A stretch of DNA of 64,000 nt from an uncultured delta proteobacterium (GTDB lineage Bacteria > Desulfobacterota > RBG-13-43-22). Location: contig CAVUPH010000009.1 of assembly GCA_963743305.1 (NCBI GenBank), positions 1 through 64,000 on the forward strand, given 5' to 3'. The position numbers and the translations under genes are program-made. This document shows positions 39,282 through 49,636 of this stretch, one piece after another; position 1 is the stretch's first letter, and the number at the start of each line of letters is the position of its first letter. The notes under the pieces are model-generated. The model was given only the letters and a program-made list of their open reading frames with translations, searched no databases and was not told where the DNA came from.

Positions 39282-40421
39282 TCAAATCAGCATTTCCAGA
39301 AAGGCCTGGACCCGGGTGCGCAGTTGGCCGCTGGCGGAAGTGGAGTAATCGTCCTCGATCATCAACACCGGAAGCCGCGTTCCCTCCAGGTATTCCCGCA
39401 AATCCGGCCCTTCCAGCTCGCAGGTATCGCAGTATCGGACGATGGTGCCGATAACCCCGTCGACCTTCCACTCCCTGATGAACCGGCCGATGTGCCCGAA
39501 GCGGTTCTCCAGGTCCTCCTCCCGGGTACCGGTCCGGGCCTCATAACTTCGGGGGCAGCGGGTTTGCAGGTACCGCCGCGCCAGGCCCTCCAGGGGATCG
39601 TCGGTTTCCGGCACGTCGTCCCAGAAGAAGCGGGTGCCGGTACAGATATCGTCCATCACCAGGTAGGCCCCGCTCTCCTCCACCAGTTGAATAAAGGCCG
39701 CGTCGTCTATCTCGCTGCCCCAGATGAAGAGGCGGGGAAGTTTCGGGGTTTGGGGTTGAGGACGCGCCTGAATCTCGGCGATGGCCTCCCGGACGAGTTT
39801 CAGGTGCTCCGCCGTCGGCAGTCCCAGGCCGGCCACCAGGATCCGGGTGACCTCGGTTCCTGAAACCAGGGGCGGATCGGCCTTTCGCAGTTCGTACAGT
39901 TCCCGGAGTGCGGCCCGGCGCCGGTTGCTCAAGCGGACGGCCTCCCGCAGCCGGTCCGGTTCCAGTTTCCGGCCTGACCACTGCTCCAGGCTGTGGATAA
40001 AGTACTCCAGCTCCCGGCGATAGAAAGTGTCAGAGTCTGGTCCCCGCATGTGAGGCACGTTGAGGAGATGGTTGAAAGGAGACGGTTTATTGTGGCGCCA
40101 GATATGGAACAGGCGTTCCACCGTATCGCAGCTATGGGGAACCACGAACCCGTCCAAGAAATCATATTCCCCTTTCAGGGCCAGGTTGAAGCAGCTTCGG
40201 GCAAAGGGGCAGGCCATGGGCTCGATGTAGGCGTCCGCCTGATCGATGGGCTCGCCGGGGCGGCCCTGGAGGCGGAAGGGCAGCATCCCGAAGGCGGTGA
40301 TGATCTCCTCGGGCACGAAGCAGCAAAGATAGCCGATGACCTTTTGACCCGCCTCGCGCCATTCCCGGGCCCGCCGGCTTCTGTCGTTATAGTAGGTCTC
40401 TATCTGTTCGAAAGCGTTCAT
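39282..40421 (-). CDS. 2-hydroxyacyl-CoA dehydratase/benzoyl-CoA reductase subunit (BzdN/BcrC-like)
   Basis: VPEEII, CPFARS, HSCD, DDICTGTR, YCD, LRTRVQAFLEM. Confidence 0.9.
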   Translation of the reverse strand: MNAFEQIETYYNDRSRRAREWREAGQKVIGYLCCFVPEEIITAFGMLPFRLQGRPGEPIDQADAYIEPMACPFARSCFNLALKGEYDFLDGFVVPHSCDTVERLFHIWRHNKPSPFNHLLNVPHMRGPDSDTFYRRELEYFIHSLEQWSGRKLEPDRLREAVRLSNRRRAALRELYELRKADPPLVSGTEVTRILVAGLGLPTAEHLKLVREAIAEIQARPQPQTPKLPRLFIWGSEIDDAAFIQLVEESGAYLVMDDICTGTRFFWDDVPETDDPLEGLARRYLQTRCPRSYEARTGTREEDLENRFGHIGRFIREWKVDGVIGTIVRYCDTCELEGPDLREYLEGTRLPVLMIEDDYSTSASGQLRTRVQAFLEMLI

Positions 40422-40478
40422 GGGATGTTTTCCTCGTACGAAATTAAAAACGAATACTATTTTAGACTCCGCTTGGGT

Positions 40479-40568
40479 CGTCATGCCGGACTCGATCCGG
40501 CATCCAGATCATTGGAAGCTTGAGAGGCCCTGGATTCCGGATCGCGTTTCACTTGTCCGGAATGACAA
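40479..40568. repeat. REP doublet (GTCATGCCGG..ATCC / GGATTCCGG..GGAATGAC)
   Basis: Inverted hairpin pair upstream of the dehydratase cluster. Confidence 0.7.
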
Positions 40569-40643
40569 TCTTTTGCCGGGCCAATCCCTAATTTTCAGGG
40601 TTCGGGGGTATCCCCCCCAGACAGGACAGAAATCAACATATTC

Positions 40644-41649
40644 CTATCTATTCGAAAGATCCCGGAAGGCCTTCATTTTCCCCAGGCTGTTCGCCGCCAG
40701 TACGGCCCGGATAATGGCCCGGGTCAGGCAGTCGGCGGCGGACCGGCCCAATTCGTTTAAGGACTGGGCCTGTGGGGCGGCAAAAAAGCCTGGCGTCTCC
40801 GGCAGGGTTTTGGTCCCCCCGGCCAGACAAAAAATAGTGTCCCCGTCAAACATGGTATGAGCCGGCCGGATAGCTCGGGCCAGTCCGTCGTGGGCCATCT
40901 GGGCGATCTTCCGGGCTTGGGATTTTGTCAGCACCGCGTCAGTGGCCACCACACCGATAGTGGTATTGGAAGGCGCGGAAAAAGGCTCACCCTCGGGCAA
41001 ACGAACGGACCGGCAACCCAGTTCGCCGAATTCGCCGTTCATCTCCAGGCCGATCTCCCAGGGACGCCCCGTCCGGGGATCGACCACGCTCCCCAAAGAA
41101 TTGACCGCGACCAGGGCGGCCACGATCAATCCCGAATCCAGCCGCTCGCTGGCCGTTCCCAGGCCGCCCTTGATCCCCCCGGCCAGAGCCCCGGTTCCGG
41201 CGCCCACGGAACCTTCGGGAACCGGGCCGTCGGCCGCCGCTTCACAGCCGGCCTCTCCCCATTCCGGTCCGATCGACGGAACAAAGGCCGAACCCCGGCC
41301 TAGGTCAAAGAGCGCGGCTGGCCGGCACGATGGGGGCTACCTGCCCCCCTGGCAATGGAAACCCGTACCCCCTTTGCGCCAGCCACTTCACCACGCCGTC
41401 GACCGTGGCCAATCCATACACCGATCCGCCGGTCAGCACCACGGCCTGTACTTTTTCGACCAGATTCATCGGGTCCAGCAGGTCGGTTTCCCGGGTCCCG
41501 GGCGCGGAACCGCGCACATCCACACCGGCGACCGCCCCTTCCGTAACCAGGATCACCGTTACTCCGCTGGCCGCATCTCGGGAAGTGTAATGACCGACAC
41601 TGATTCCTTCAACGTCGGTCAAGGCATTGTTCGGTCCGTGACCGGTCAT
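40644..41649 (-). CDS. P1/DmpA-family peptidase (S58); frameshift(s) near 41280-41320
   Basis: DVRGSAPGTRETD, GGSVYGL, VGAGTGA, NTTIGVVATD, HTMFDGD. Confidence 0.88.
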
Positions 41650-41717
41650 AATTGAAGCTCCTTCATCATTTTTTTATATCCTGTAAATCCTGCCTAATAT
41701 TTTTTCGCCGGCAGCTT

Positions 41718-43661
41718 TTACCATCCGCCACCGCCCCCTCCGCCCCCTCCCCCCCCGGACGACCCGCCGCCTCCGGAACCCGACGAAGCCGAAGAGCTGG
41801 CCACGGCGCTCGACAGCGATTCCCCCAGGGTGGAGGCCAAGGCCCCCGCACTGAAGGCGCTCACTGAACGACTGGAATACCAGTCCGGGGATCGGCCTTC
41901 CGCCGCCGCGGAGGACAGCACCCGCGAAAACTGTTCGGCCCAGCGTTGCTCCACCCCCAGGGCCAGGGCGTAAGGTAAAAATTTTTCGAAAAGTTCCGGG
42001 GTCTTTTCCGGAGAATTCAGGTAATTGAGCCGGTCTTTTTCGGCGGCTTCCAGAAAGACCCGAAATCCCTCGATCTCGTCCAGACGCTTCCGTCCCAGGG
42101 GAGTCACGGCCTTCAAAAGCTGGTAGAAAACCAAGGTGATGCCGATCGAAACGACAAAAAGAACAGCCAGGGGGACGGAAGTGGCCTCAAAGGCCAGAAA
42201 ATACAGACCCAGGATTTCTCCTCCAATGAACGGCAGGGAAAATAACGTCAGAAAAACCGTTCCTATTATCTTTCCAATTTTCTCGGGCTCTTTGAAAACC
42301 TCCAGCCAGGATTTGACCACCACCACCAGTAACACGGCCACCCCGATACTCCAGATAGTCAGCCAGAGGGAAATAAAAGAGAACAGGGGAAGGCTGCCCT
42401 GATCCAGGGCCTCACGAATTCCGGAGAGGGCCACCACCCCCAGGGTCAGGAGCAGCCCGATGGCAAAGTACCAGCGATTATGAACGAAATAGCTCTTTTC
42501 ATTGCCGTATTCCAGGTTTCGCTTCAGGGCGGAAAGGGCACTTTGAATAATGGTCCGATTGGCCGGAATAAAAAGCACTTCCTCTCGCTGGTTGAAGAGG
42601 GCGCTATAGACCTTCTCTTCGTCCTGGGAGGCCGGGGCCTTCTTCTCCCCGTCCCGCTTCCGGGCTGAATATTGGCCGAACGTTTCTTTGATCGTCAGGT
42701 ACCCCTTGACCGCCAGATTGATGAGCGCGGCCGTAAAGGCCGCGTCGTCATACCCCTGGTTCCAGACATAGCGCAGGGTCGCCGGACTCATTTCGCCGGG
42801 CGGGGCATAGCGGGTGACAATGATGCCCCTTTCCGGGTCTTTCCCCACCCGAACCCAGACGATAAGATAATAGACCAGGATGGCCAGGATCCCGACCAGA
42901 CCAAAGAAGAAACCCCGATTATCGGAGGTGATGGCCCAAACCCCGGTCGGCTCCGTTGCCGTCACATAGCCTTTGGGCCAGGAAACGGCAATGGTCAGGC
43001 CCTCATTCAAGGCCAGGGGCCTGGTGGTAATAAAGCGCACGGTGCCGGCCGACGGGTCGACTTCTTTCTCAAAATCCGGACCCCGGGCACCCTTCAGGCC
43101 AATGTAACCGGCCGTGGATATAATTTTTCCCCCGCTCCCCTTCGGCAGATGTACCGTGGCCGAGGCCTGATCAATGGGGAATTTCCAGTCGTTACCCGTA
43201 ACGTTCCAGTAGAGTTCATCAAACTTCGGAAAAAAACGGAGCTGCCGATCGGTCTCATAAACAAAGGTATAGGTATATTCCCCGGGAGGCAGGAGTACCT
43301 CTTTTCGGCCGAAATAGACCCGCTTCCCAAGGGAAATTCCCTCGAAATGAAACGACTCGGGCTCTCCATCCCGGAGGAGCTGCCGGACCTCAAAACCCAC
43401 CCGCCGGATCAGACCGTATTTCCCGCGGTAGCGGGTTGGAAAATCACGGTAGATTCCGCGCTGGATCTGATTGTTTTCGGCCCGGACCCTGATGGTTTCG
43501 GTGACAGTCATAGAGGCGTCGGAGTGAACCTTAAGGTCACTCTGAAAGGAAAGGATTTTTTCTTCTGCCCGGGCCGGGAAGGCCATGATCATGAATAAAT
43601 AGCCCCACCCCATCAGCAAGACGGCACACGGAAGAAACCTCCTTTTCATTCGGTTAGTCAT
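41718..43661 (-). CDS. DUF2207 membrane protein
   Basis: GIYRDFP, ELYWNVTGNDW, LPYALALGV..W, C-terminal GGGSSGGGGGGGGGGGW. Confidence 0.93.
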   Translation of the reverse strand: MTNRMKRRFLPCAVLLMGWGYLFMIMAFPARAEEKILSFQSDLKVHSDASMTVTETIRVRAENNQIQRGIYRDFPTRYRGKYGLIRRVGFEVRQLLRDGEPESFHFEGISLGKRVYFGRKEVLLPPGEYTYTFVYETDRQLRFFPKFDELYWNVTGNDWKFPIDQASATVHLPKGSGGKIISTAGYIGLKGARGPDFEKEVDPSAGTVRFITTRPLALNEGLTIAVSWPKGYVTATEPTGVWAITSDNRGFFFGLVGILAILVYYLIVWVRVGKDPERGIIVTRYAPPGEMSPATLRYVWNQGYDDAAFTAALINLAVKGYLTIKETFGQYSARKRDGEKKAPASQDEEKVYSALFNQREEVLFIPANRTIIQSALSALKRNLEYGNEKSYFVHNRWYFAIGLLLTLGVVALSGIREALDQGSLPLFSFISLWLTIWSIGVAVLLVVVVKSWLEVFKEPEKIGKIIGTVFLTLFSLPFIGGEILGLYFLAFEATSVPLAVLFVVSIGITLVFYQLLKAVTPLGRKRLDEIEGFRVFLEAAEKDRLNYLNSPEKTPELFEKFLPYALALGVEQRWAEQFSRVLSSAAAEGRSPDWYSSRSVSAFSAGALASTLGESLSSAVASSSASSGSGGGGSSGGGGGGGGGGGW

Positions 43662-44826
43662 AATACCCCTTTAACCAAAGGATAAAAAAAGCGATTGAGA
43701 TAAAAGCATGGGAGAGGATGAAAACCAGTATCCCGAGGGATAGCCTTCCCGAGGAATCTTTTTCGATAACCGCTGTCAGCTCTTCCCCTTTTCCCGGCCA
43801 AAGCTGGACCGTTTCGGAGACTTTCCGGGGGTTGGGGATCAGGCCGTCGCGGGACGACGAGTAGATCCCGAAGGCCGTCACCTCCGCGCCGACCGGAGCC
43901 ACCCGCTCCGAGAATTGCCGGCCTTCGAACCGGAAGTCCTCCGGATCCAGGTCCGTTCCCCGGAGGATATCGGCCCGGGCCTGACCGTCGTCGTCCACCG
44001 AGCGCTCCAGGAGCTGGCCCAATCCTTTTTTGAAATCCGCCGTCTTAATGATTTCAAAGGCCGTGTTTTTCAAATAGGCCCTGATCCTTTCCCGGCCCCC
44101 CTCCCCGACCACGGCCTCGTCAAACCGCTCCAGATCCGGGAATCCGAGGAGACGCAGTTCTCCCCTGGCCGTTCGGATGACCGCGGGCGTCAAGGCCCAA
44201 CCCCAGGCATCGGACCCGGCCGAACGGTTATCCTTCCCGATGGCGGCCACATCGTATTCATAGGCTACGCAGGAGGCGCCCTGAAAAGGAGAGGTCAGCG
44301 GCTCGTGGATCGGATGAATGGCGCCGCCGACCGCCTCGAACCGCCCGTCTTTCCTGGGCGCCCTCTCCCCATCACGGCGGATCGCCGCCCCCAGTTTGCG
44401 GGACCGGAACAGGCCCAGGAGACCCGCCATCAGGGCGCCGGTCCCTATGGCGGTGAATAAAGCAAAGAAAAAGGGGGCCACCGGATCGGGGATCAGACGT
44501 AAAAAGAGGAAAACATAAAGGGCATAAATAAGCAGGAAACCCAATAGGGGATAAAGACAGCCGCTTCTAAAAATGGGTGGTTCTTGACCCGTTGGCCAGG
44601 CGTCGGCCGGAAAGCTCATCGGCTCGGGAAATCGTTCGGGCAGATCCTCGCTCGATCGGTTTGATGGAAACGGAACAGGCCGATCAGGTTGGGAGGTTGT
44701 GCACCATATCGCTTCGGCCAGCTGCCCGGTTGCTTCGATTAGCGCCGATATCTTGGCCGCAAGTCGGTGTCGCAGGATTGACCGCCACGACCTGCGCCAT
44801 TCGGCCAGGTGCCCCGGATATCGCAC
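43654..44826 (-). CDS. Membrane protein with GIDE-like domain (start uncertain)
   Basis: TM pair, G....EPLTSPFQGASCVAYEY, ER..PVG.EVTAFG, C-terminal TM; overlaps the DUF2207 start. Confidence 0.55.
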   Translation of the reverse strand: MRYPGHLAEWRRSWRSILRHRLAAKISALIEATGQLAEAIWCTTSQPDRPVPFPSNRSSEDLPERFPEPMSFPADAWPTGQEPPIFRSGCLYPLLGFLLIYALYVFLFLRLIPDPVAPFFFALFTAIGTGALMAGLLGLFRSRKLGAAIRRDGERAPRKDGRFEAVGGAIHPIHEPLTSPFQGASCVAYEYDVAAIGKDNRSAGSDAWGWALTPAVIRTARGELRLLGFPDLERFDEAVVGEGGRERIRAYLKNTAFEIIKTADFKKGLGQLLERSVDDDGQARADILRGTDLDPEDFRFEGRQFSERVAPVGAEVTAFGIYSSSRDGLIPNPRKVSETVQLWPGKGEELTAVIEKDSSGRLSLGILVFILSHAFISIAFFILWLKGYYD

Positions 44827-44844
44827 CTTTTATGATCGATTCCG

Positions 44845-45149
44845 GCGTGGCCAGACAAAACAACCGTCCGACGCGATCGGTCCGTTTCTCTTCAGACTCC
44901 AGCAAGTTCATCAACTGCCGTCGATTCAACAGGCCGGTCAAATCGTCCCGAATGGCCATCTCCTAAAAGAAAATATAACGGTCTCGCCTCCGAAATCCCC
45001 ATACTGATTTGAATAAAACCCAGAACAAAAGCCACGGCATACGTTGCGGCGGCCATGAAAAAGCGGCGGATCCGCAAGGCTTGCTCTTTATTGTCTCGAG
45101 GGTAGAGGGAAAAACGGACTAAAGAAGATGGGGAGCGATTATCGGGCAT
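44845..45149 (-). pseudogene. Internally deleted membrane diguanylate cyclase remnant
   Basis: EQALRIRRFFMA TM start joined to AIRDDLTGLLNRR; no GGDEF motif follows. Confidence 0.7.
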
Positions 45150-45281
45150 CAGGAATAATCATTTCGATTCCAAAAAGGCTGTGTATTCATTTCGGACAAA
45201 TTCCCGGCCGCGAAGAGCGGCAAGGGCCTTGTCACGGCTTCCTGCGGCGGTAGACTGCGGAGTCACCCCCCCGGGTGTCGA

Positions 45282-45854
45282 TCAGGGCGCAGCGGCCCGG
45301 CGGCCCAGATCATAGGCCTCGTTCTGGGCCGCTTCATTGCCGGCAATCTCCCCCTTCTCCGTGGCTGAGGCCATGACGGCCCCGATCCAGCGGAGTTTGG
45401 TAAAGTCCGCCGTAGTTTTAAAACTGTGCACCATAGGATCCGCCGTGTGAACGTTCACGTCCCCGCAGACGGTGATCAGCCCGATGCGTTTGCCCTTCAT
45501 TCGGGGATAGTAGGCCTTATGCCAATTCCAGTCCGCGTCAAAAAAGGCGCACCAGCGATCCAGGTAGGCCTTCATTTGCGAGGTCATCGACCAGAAGTAG
45601 ATGGGTCCGCTGTGGAGGACGGCGTCGGCTTCCAGGATTTTCCGGTGAATCTTCGGCATATCGTCCCGTAAGACGCAGAGACCGGTTTCATTGCATTGCT
45701 TGCAGTCCTGGCAGCCGGAAATTTTTTTTCGATTGAGGATGATTTTTTCTACCTCCGCGCCGGCTTCCCGGGCGCCGGCCAAGGCCCGGTCTAAGAGCAG
45801 ATCGCTGTTTCCCCCGATTCGGGGACTTCCCATAATACCCAGCACTTTCATCAT
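45282..45854 (-). CDS. Iron-sulfur flavoprotein / NADPH-dependent FMN reductase family
   Basis: GSPRIGGNS, CQDCKQC....C, PIYF..MK...DR. Confidence 0.92.
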   Translation of the reverse strand: MMKVLGIMGSPRIGGNSDLLLDRALAGAREAGAEVEKIILNRKKISGCQDCKQCNETGLCVLRDDMPKIHRKILEADAVLHSGPIYFWSMTSQMKAYLDRWCAFFDADWNWHKAYYPRMKGKRIGLITVCGDVNVHTADPMVHSFKTTADFTKLRWIGAVMASATEKGEIAGNEAAQNEAYDLGRRAAAP

Positions 45855-45970
45855 GTTCCTCCCGGTAGTTTTAGGGCACTCCTTCACAAATTCGGGGATC
45901 AATCCGTTGGACTATAGGCCCAACGAATTGATCCCCGAAGCATAGGGACGGTTTCTCACGTCCGCCTAAG

Positions 45971-48169
45971 TTATTTGGCCTTGATAGCCGCCAGAATGCG
46001 ATCGGCGGTTAGCGGGATCCGCCGGACCCGCGCGCCCGAGGCCTTAAAGACGGCATTGGCCACGGCCGGGGCGGTCGGAGGCACCCCCGGTTCGCCGATT
46101 CCGCCGAGCGGTTCTTTGCTGTTGATCAGATGAACGTCGATGTCAGGGACCTGGCTCATGCGGATAATCCCGTAGTCATCGAAATTGGCGGATTTCACCC
46201 CGCCGTTGGCAAAGAGCACCTCCTCCTGGAAGACCGTGCTCAGGGCGTTGATGATGGCTCCTTCGATCTGCCTGACCGTGTTGTCCGGGCTCACCGCCAT
46301 GCCGCAGTCCACGGCCGCCACCACCCGGTTGACTTTCAAGGCGCCCGTTTTTTCATCTACCGAGACTTCAGCCGCCTGGGCCACAAAGGTCCCGAAGCAG
46401 TGGTGCTGGGCGATTCCCAATCCTCGCCCCTTGGGTAGGGACTTGCCCCAGCCGATCTTTTCCGCCGCCACCTGGAGGACCTTCTGGGCCCGGGGGCTGC
46501 CTTTCAGAAGCCCCAGGCGAAAAGCCAGAGGGTCCTTTTTGGCAGTCAGGGCCAGTTCATCAATGAAGCTTTCCACCACAAAGGCGTTGGGGCCGTTTTG
46601 GACCGAGCGCCAGGGGCACACCGGTATGGGCAATTGGGAAATGAGGAACTCCAGATAAAAATCCGGGATCTCATAAAGGATCTTATTCCCATCCGGGGAA
46701 CCCGGAAAGTCCACCAGACCCCAGAGGCTCATGATGTCGACGCCGTTTTGCACCGCCTTGGGTTCGATGCGCTGCATGAGCGAACCGGCCACGGCCTTAT
46801 GGGACCAGCCGGCTAGATTACCCTGGCTGTCCAGACCGGCTTCAATTCGCTGGGTAGTAGCGGCTCGGAAGAGACCGAACTTGATGTCTTCTTCCCGGGT
46901 CCAGACCACTTTTACCGGTTTGCCCAGGACTTTGGCGACAACAACCGCCTCGGCCACGAAATCCGGATCGGCCCGCCGTCCCAGTCCGCAGCCCATATTG
47001 GTGGTATGGATATTGATCTTCTCCGGAGGAAGCCCGGAAATCTGGGAGGCCACGATTTGAGCCACGGTCTGCCCCTGCGTTGGGGCCCAGACGTCGCATT
47101 GATCCTTGGTAACATGGGCCGTGCAGTTCATGGGCTCCATGGTGGTGTGGGCCACGTAAGGCACATAATAAGTGGCCTGGACCTTTTGGGCCGCGCCAGC
47201 CAAGGCCTTGGCCGCGTCGCCATTGGCGGCCACCTTGGAACCCGGCTTGTCCAAATCCTCCAGTAAAGATTTTTCAACAAAGGCAGTGTCCATTTGGGGC
47301 AGTGCGCCGCCGTCCCATTTCACCTTCAGGGCCTCCCGGCCCTTCCAGGCGGCCTCCAGGGTCTTGGCACAAACCGCGATACCCATCGGGATCGAAGCCA
47401 CCTTAACTACTCCCTTGACCATTCCCGCCGCTTTTTCATCAAAGGAGATCGGCTTGGCCCCATAAGCCGGGGGACGGGCAATCACGGCATAGTGCAGATC
47501 CGGCAGGTCCACGTCCAACCCGTATATCGCCTTGCCGCGCACCTTGGCGGGTATATCCAGCCGGGGCATCGCCTTCCCTATATATCGGAATTCGCTTTCC
47601 TTCTTGAGCGGAGCCGTTTTCGGCACGGGAAGTTTGGCGGCCTCGAGGCAGACCTGCCCGTAGGTCAGGCTGCGCCCACTTTTTCCATGTTTGACCTTCC
47701 CCAATTCGGCCTGGCATTCATTTTCCGGGACCTTCCAGCGGGCCGCGGCGGCTTGGACCAGCATGGTCCGTCCGGCGGCGCCGGCCTGGCGCAAGATATC
47801 ATAAAAGCCCCGAACGCTGGAGCTGCCGACGGTGATCTGGAGTTTGTAAAAGGGATTAAAAAATTCCTTGGCCGCCGGACCCTGCTGAACCCGCACCTGC
47901 TTCCAGTCGGCCTCCAGTTCATCGGCGAGGATCATGGACAAGGCGGTATGGGTGCCCTGCCCCATCTCCGAGCTGCCGATGACCGTGGTCAGCACATTAT
48001 CCGGAGTGATCTTATACCAAACGCTCGGATTGAACCCCTTCAAGGCTTTGGGGTCCTGGGAAGCGTTGAGTAGCCGGATGCCCAGCGGTCCTGCGGAAAC
48101 GGCAATGGTCAGGCCGCCGGCGGCCAGGGAGCTTTTCAAAAATGTTCGACGAGTAATACTGGTAGTCAT
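45971..48169 (-). CDS. Xanthine dehydrogenase-family molybdopterin subunit (IorB-like), Tat signal
   Basis: TRRTFLK, EMGQG, HTTMEPMNC, WRSV, GGIGEPG. Confidence 0.93.
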   Translation of the reverse strand: MTTSITRRTFLKSSLAAGGLTIAVSAGPLGIRLLNASQDPKALKGFNPSVWYKITPDNVLTTVIGSSEMGQGTHTALSMILADELEADWKQVRVQQGPAAKEFFNPFYKLQITVGSSSVRGFYDILRQAGAAGRTMLVQAAAARWKVPENECQAELGKVKHGKSGRSLTYGQVCLEAAKLPVPKTAPLKKESEFRYIGKAMPRLDIPAKVRGKAIYGLDVDLPDLHYAVIARPPAYGAKPISFDEKAAGMVKGVVKVASIPMGIAVCAKTLEAAWKGREALKVKWDGGALPQMDTAFVEKSLLEDLDKPGSKVAANGDAAKALAGAAQKVQATYYVPYVAHTTMEPMNCTAHVTKDQCDVWAPTQGQTVAQIVASQISGLPPEKINIHTTNMGCGLGRRADPDFVAEAVVVAKVLGKPVKVVWTREEDIKFGLFRAATTQRIEAGLDSQGNLAGWSHKAVAGSLMQRIEPKAVQNGVDIMSLWGLVDFPGSPDGNKILYEIPDFYLEFLISQLPIPVCPWRSVQNGPNAFVVESFIDELALTAKKDPLAFRLGLLKGSPRAQKVLQVAAEKIGWGKSLPKGRGLGIAQHHCFGTFVAQAAEVSVDEKTGALKVNRVVAAVDCGMAVSPDNTVRQIEGAIINALSTVFQEEVLFANGGVKSANFDDYGIIRMSQVPDIDVHLINSKEPLGGIGEPGVPPTAPAVANAVFKASGARVRRIPLTADRILAAIKAK

Positions 48170-48633
48170 GATTTCCGGCCCTCCTTTCCTTTCAATTGGA
48201 CGGCGGTCTGAATGCCCTTCTTGATCCGCGGGTAAGTCCCGCAGCGGCAGATGACATCATCCATCTGGGCGACGATTTTTTCGGGATCGGGTTTCTTCTC
48301 TCCGTCCACGAGGGCGGCTACCTGCATTATTATCCCCGGCTGGCAATAGCCACATTGCACTACCTGTTCCTTAATCCAGGCCCTTTTCACCGGATGGTCC
48401 TCCGGCAGCCCCTCGATGGTGGTGATCTTTTTCCCTTGGGCCTCCTTCACCGGGATTGTGCAGGAACGTTCGGCCCGGCCGTCGATCAGCACCGTGCAGT
48501 TCCCGCATTCCCCGATTCCGCAGCCGAACTTGGTCCCGGTCAACTTGAGGTTGTCCCGGATCACCCAGAGCAACGGCGTGTCCGGGGGAACATCGAGTTT
48601 GTGTTTTTTACCATTGACCTTGAGCGCAATCAC
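48166..48633 (-). CDS. (2Fe-2S) subunit (IorA-like)
   Basis: GTKFGCGIGECGNCTV, QCGYCQPG, CRCGTY. Confidence 0.95.
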   Translation of the reverse strand: MIALKVNGKKHKLDVPPDTPLLWVIRDNLKLTGTKFGCGIGECGNCTVLIDGRAERSCTIPVKEAQGKKITTIEGLPEDHPVKRAWIKEQVVQCGYCQPGIIMQVAALVDGEKKPDPEKIVAQMDDVICRCGTYPRIKKGIQTAVQLKGKEGRKS

Positions 48634-48709
48634 AATTTCCTCCTTTCTGCTAGTGGGTTGATGGGTTCATAGCGAATTCCAAACGGCCATCTTAAGCCCC
48701 TCGCCGACC

Positions 48710-48835
48710 TGTCATCCTGAGTCCCGCCGCGGGATAAACTCCACGAAGGATCTCGTCCTCCGGCTTAGGGTAAACTCCACAAATAAGCCTACATACTGTT
48801 CATTAAGGATTCTTCGCCTTCGCACCTGATGACTA
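48710..48835. repeat. Degenerate REP doublet
   Basis: TGTCATCCTGAG..CGAAGGATCT paired with GATTCTTCG..ATGAC. Confidence 0.55.
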
Positions 48836-48879
48836 GAACTCTTTGAAAAGTTCTGGCGAACTCCTCAGCAGCCGTCCAT

Positions 48880-49173
48880 TTAGATAGAGGCCAATTCCTG
48901 CAAAATGGTTATTTCCGGCTGGCCGGCAAACATTTCGCCGGCTTTGGCGAAAAAGGCATTAAAATGGGGGGTGGAAGAATGGACCTTAAGGGCCTCCTTA
49001 TCCCGGTAGCGTTCCATGACGACTAAAGTATGGGGGGCATCCTTGGAAACATTCAAGGTGTAATACAGGGTGCCCTCCTCTTTGGCCACTTCGGCTACCA
49101 ACCCTTTGAAGGCTTCCACGGCTTCGTTAAACTTGTCTTCTTTAATCGGGATCTTGGCAATTACAGCGATCAT
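48880..49173 (-). CDS. Antibiotic biosynthesis monooxygenase (ABM) family protein
   Basis: EEGTLYY..ERYRD..AL..H..TPHF. Confidence 0.9.
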   Translation of the reverse strand: MIAVIAKIPIKEDKFNEAVEAFKGLVAEVAKEEGTLYYTLNVSKDAPHTLVVMERYRDKEALKVHSSTPHFNAFFAKAGEMFAGQPEITILQELASI

Positions 49174-49292
49174 CGACTGTCCTCCTTAAGAATTATTTTT
49201 GGTACCCATTCAGCGTTAGAATAAGCGCGGACCCCTATCAGGTCGGCCAGAGATAAATGCTCGGGTTAAGAAAATTCGGGCCCGGGGCTGGC

Positions 49293-49613
49293 TCAATCAC
49301 AATTCCCGGAAGATATATCATCCCCGTCCAGTGTCCAGACATTATTGATTTTCTTGAAAGTCAACACCACTTTTTTTCTGGTATTAAAATGATAATTGCC
49401 GCACTGCCAGGTCAGGACCCGGTAGTCCGTTCCAACTCCCACTACCGTGTATTGGGTATCGTAGTCGGCATTGTGGGAGATACCCGTGCCCTCCACGTGA
49501 TAAGTCACGTTTTTTTCCGATTTCGCGCCTGAATGGGAATAATCGCAGCTCCAAAAACCGACTGCCAGGAGAAGGATAAGCGCTACGGTCCATCCGGTTT
49601 TTTTGACTCGCAT
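49293..49613 (-). CDS. Putative lipoprotein
   Basis: Basic N-terminus, hydrophobic core, FWSC lipobox-like site. Confidence 0.65.
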   Translation of the reverse strand: MRVKKTGWTVALILLLAVGFWSCDYSHSGAKSEKNVTYHVEGTGISHNADYDTQYTVVGVGTDYRVLTWQCGNYHFNTRKKVVLTFKKINNVWTLDGDDISSGNCD

Positions 49614-49636
49614 AATCCTCGCCTTTCTTTAATCGA

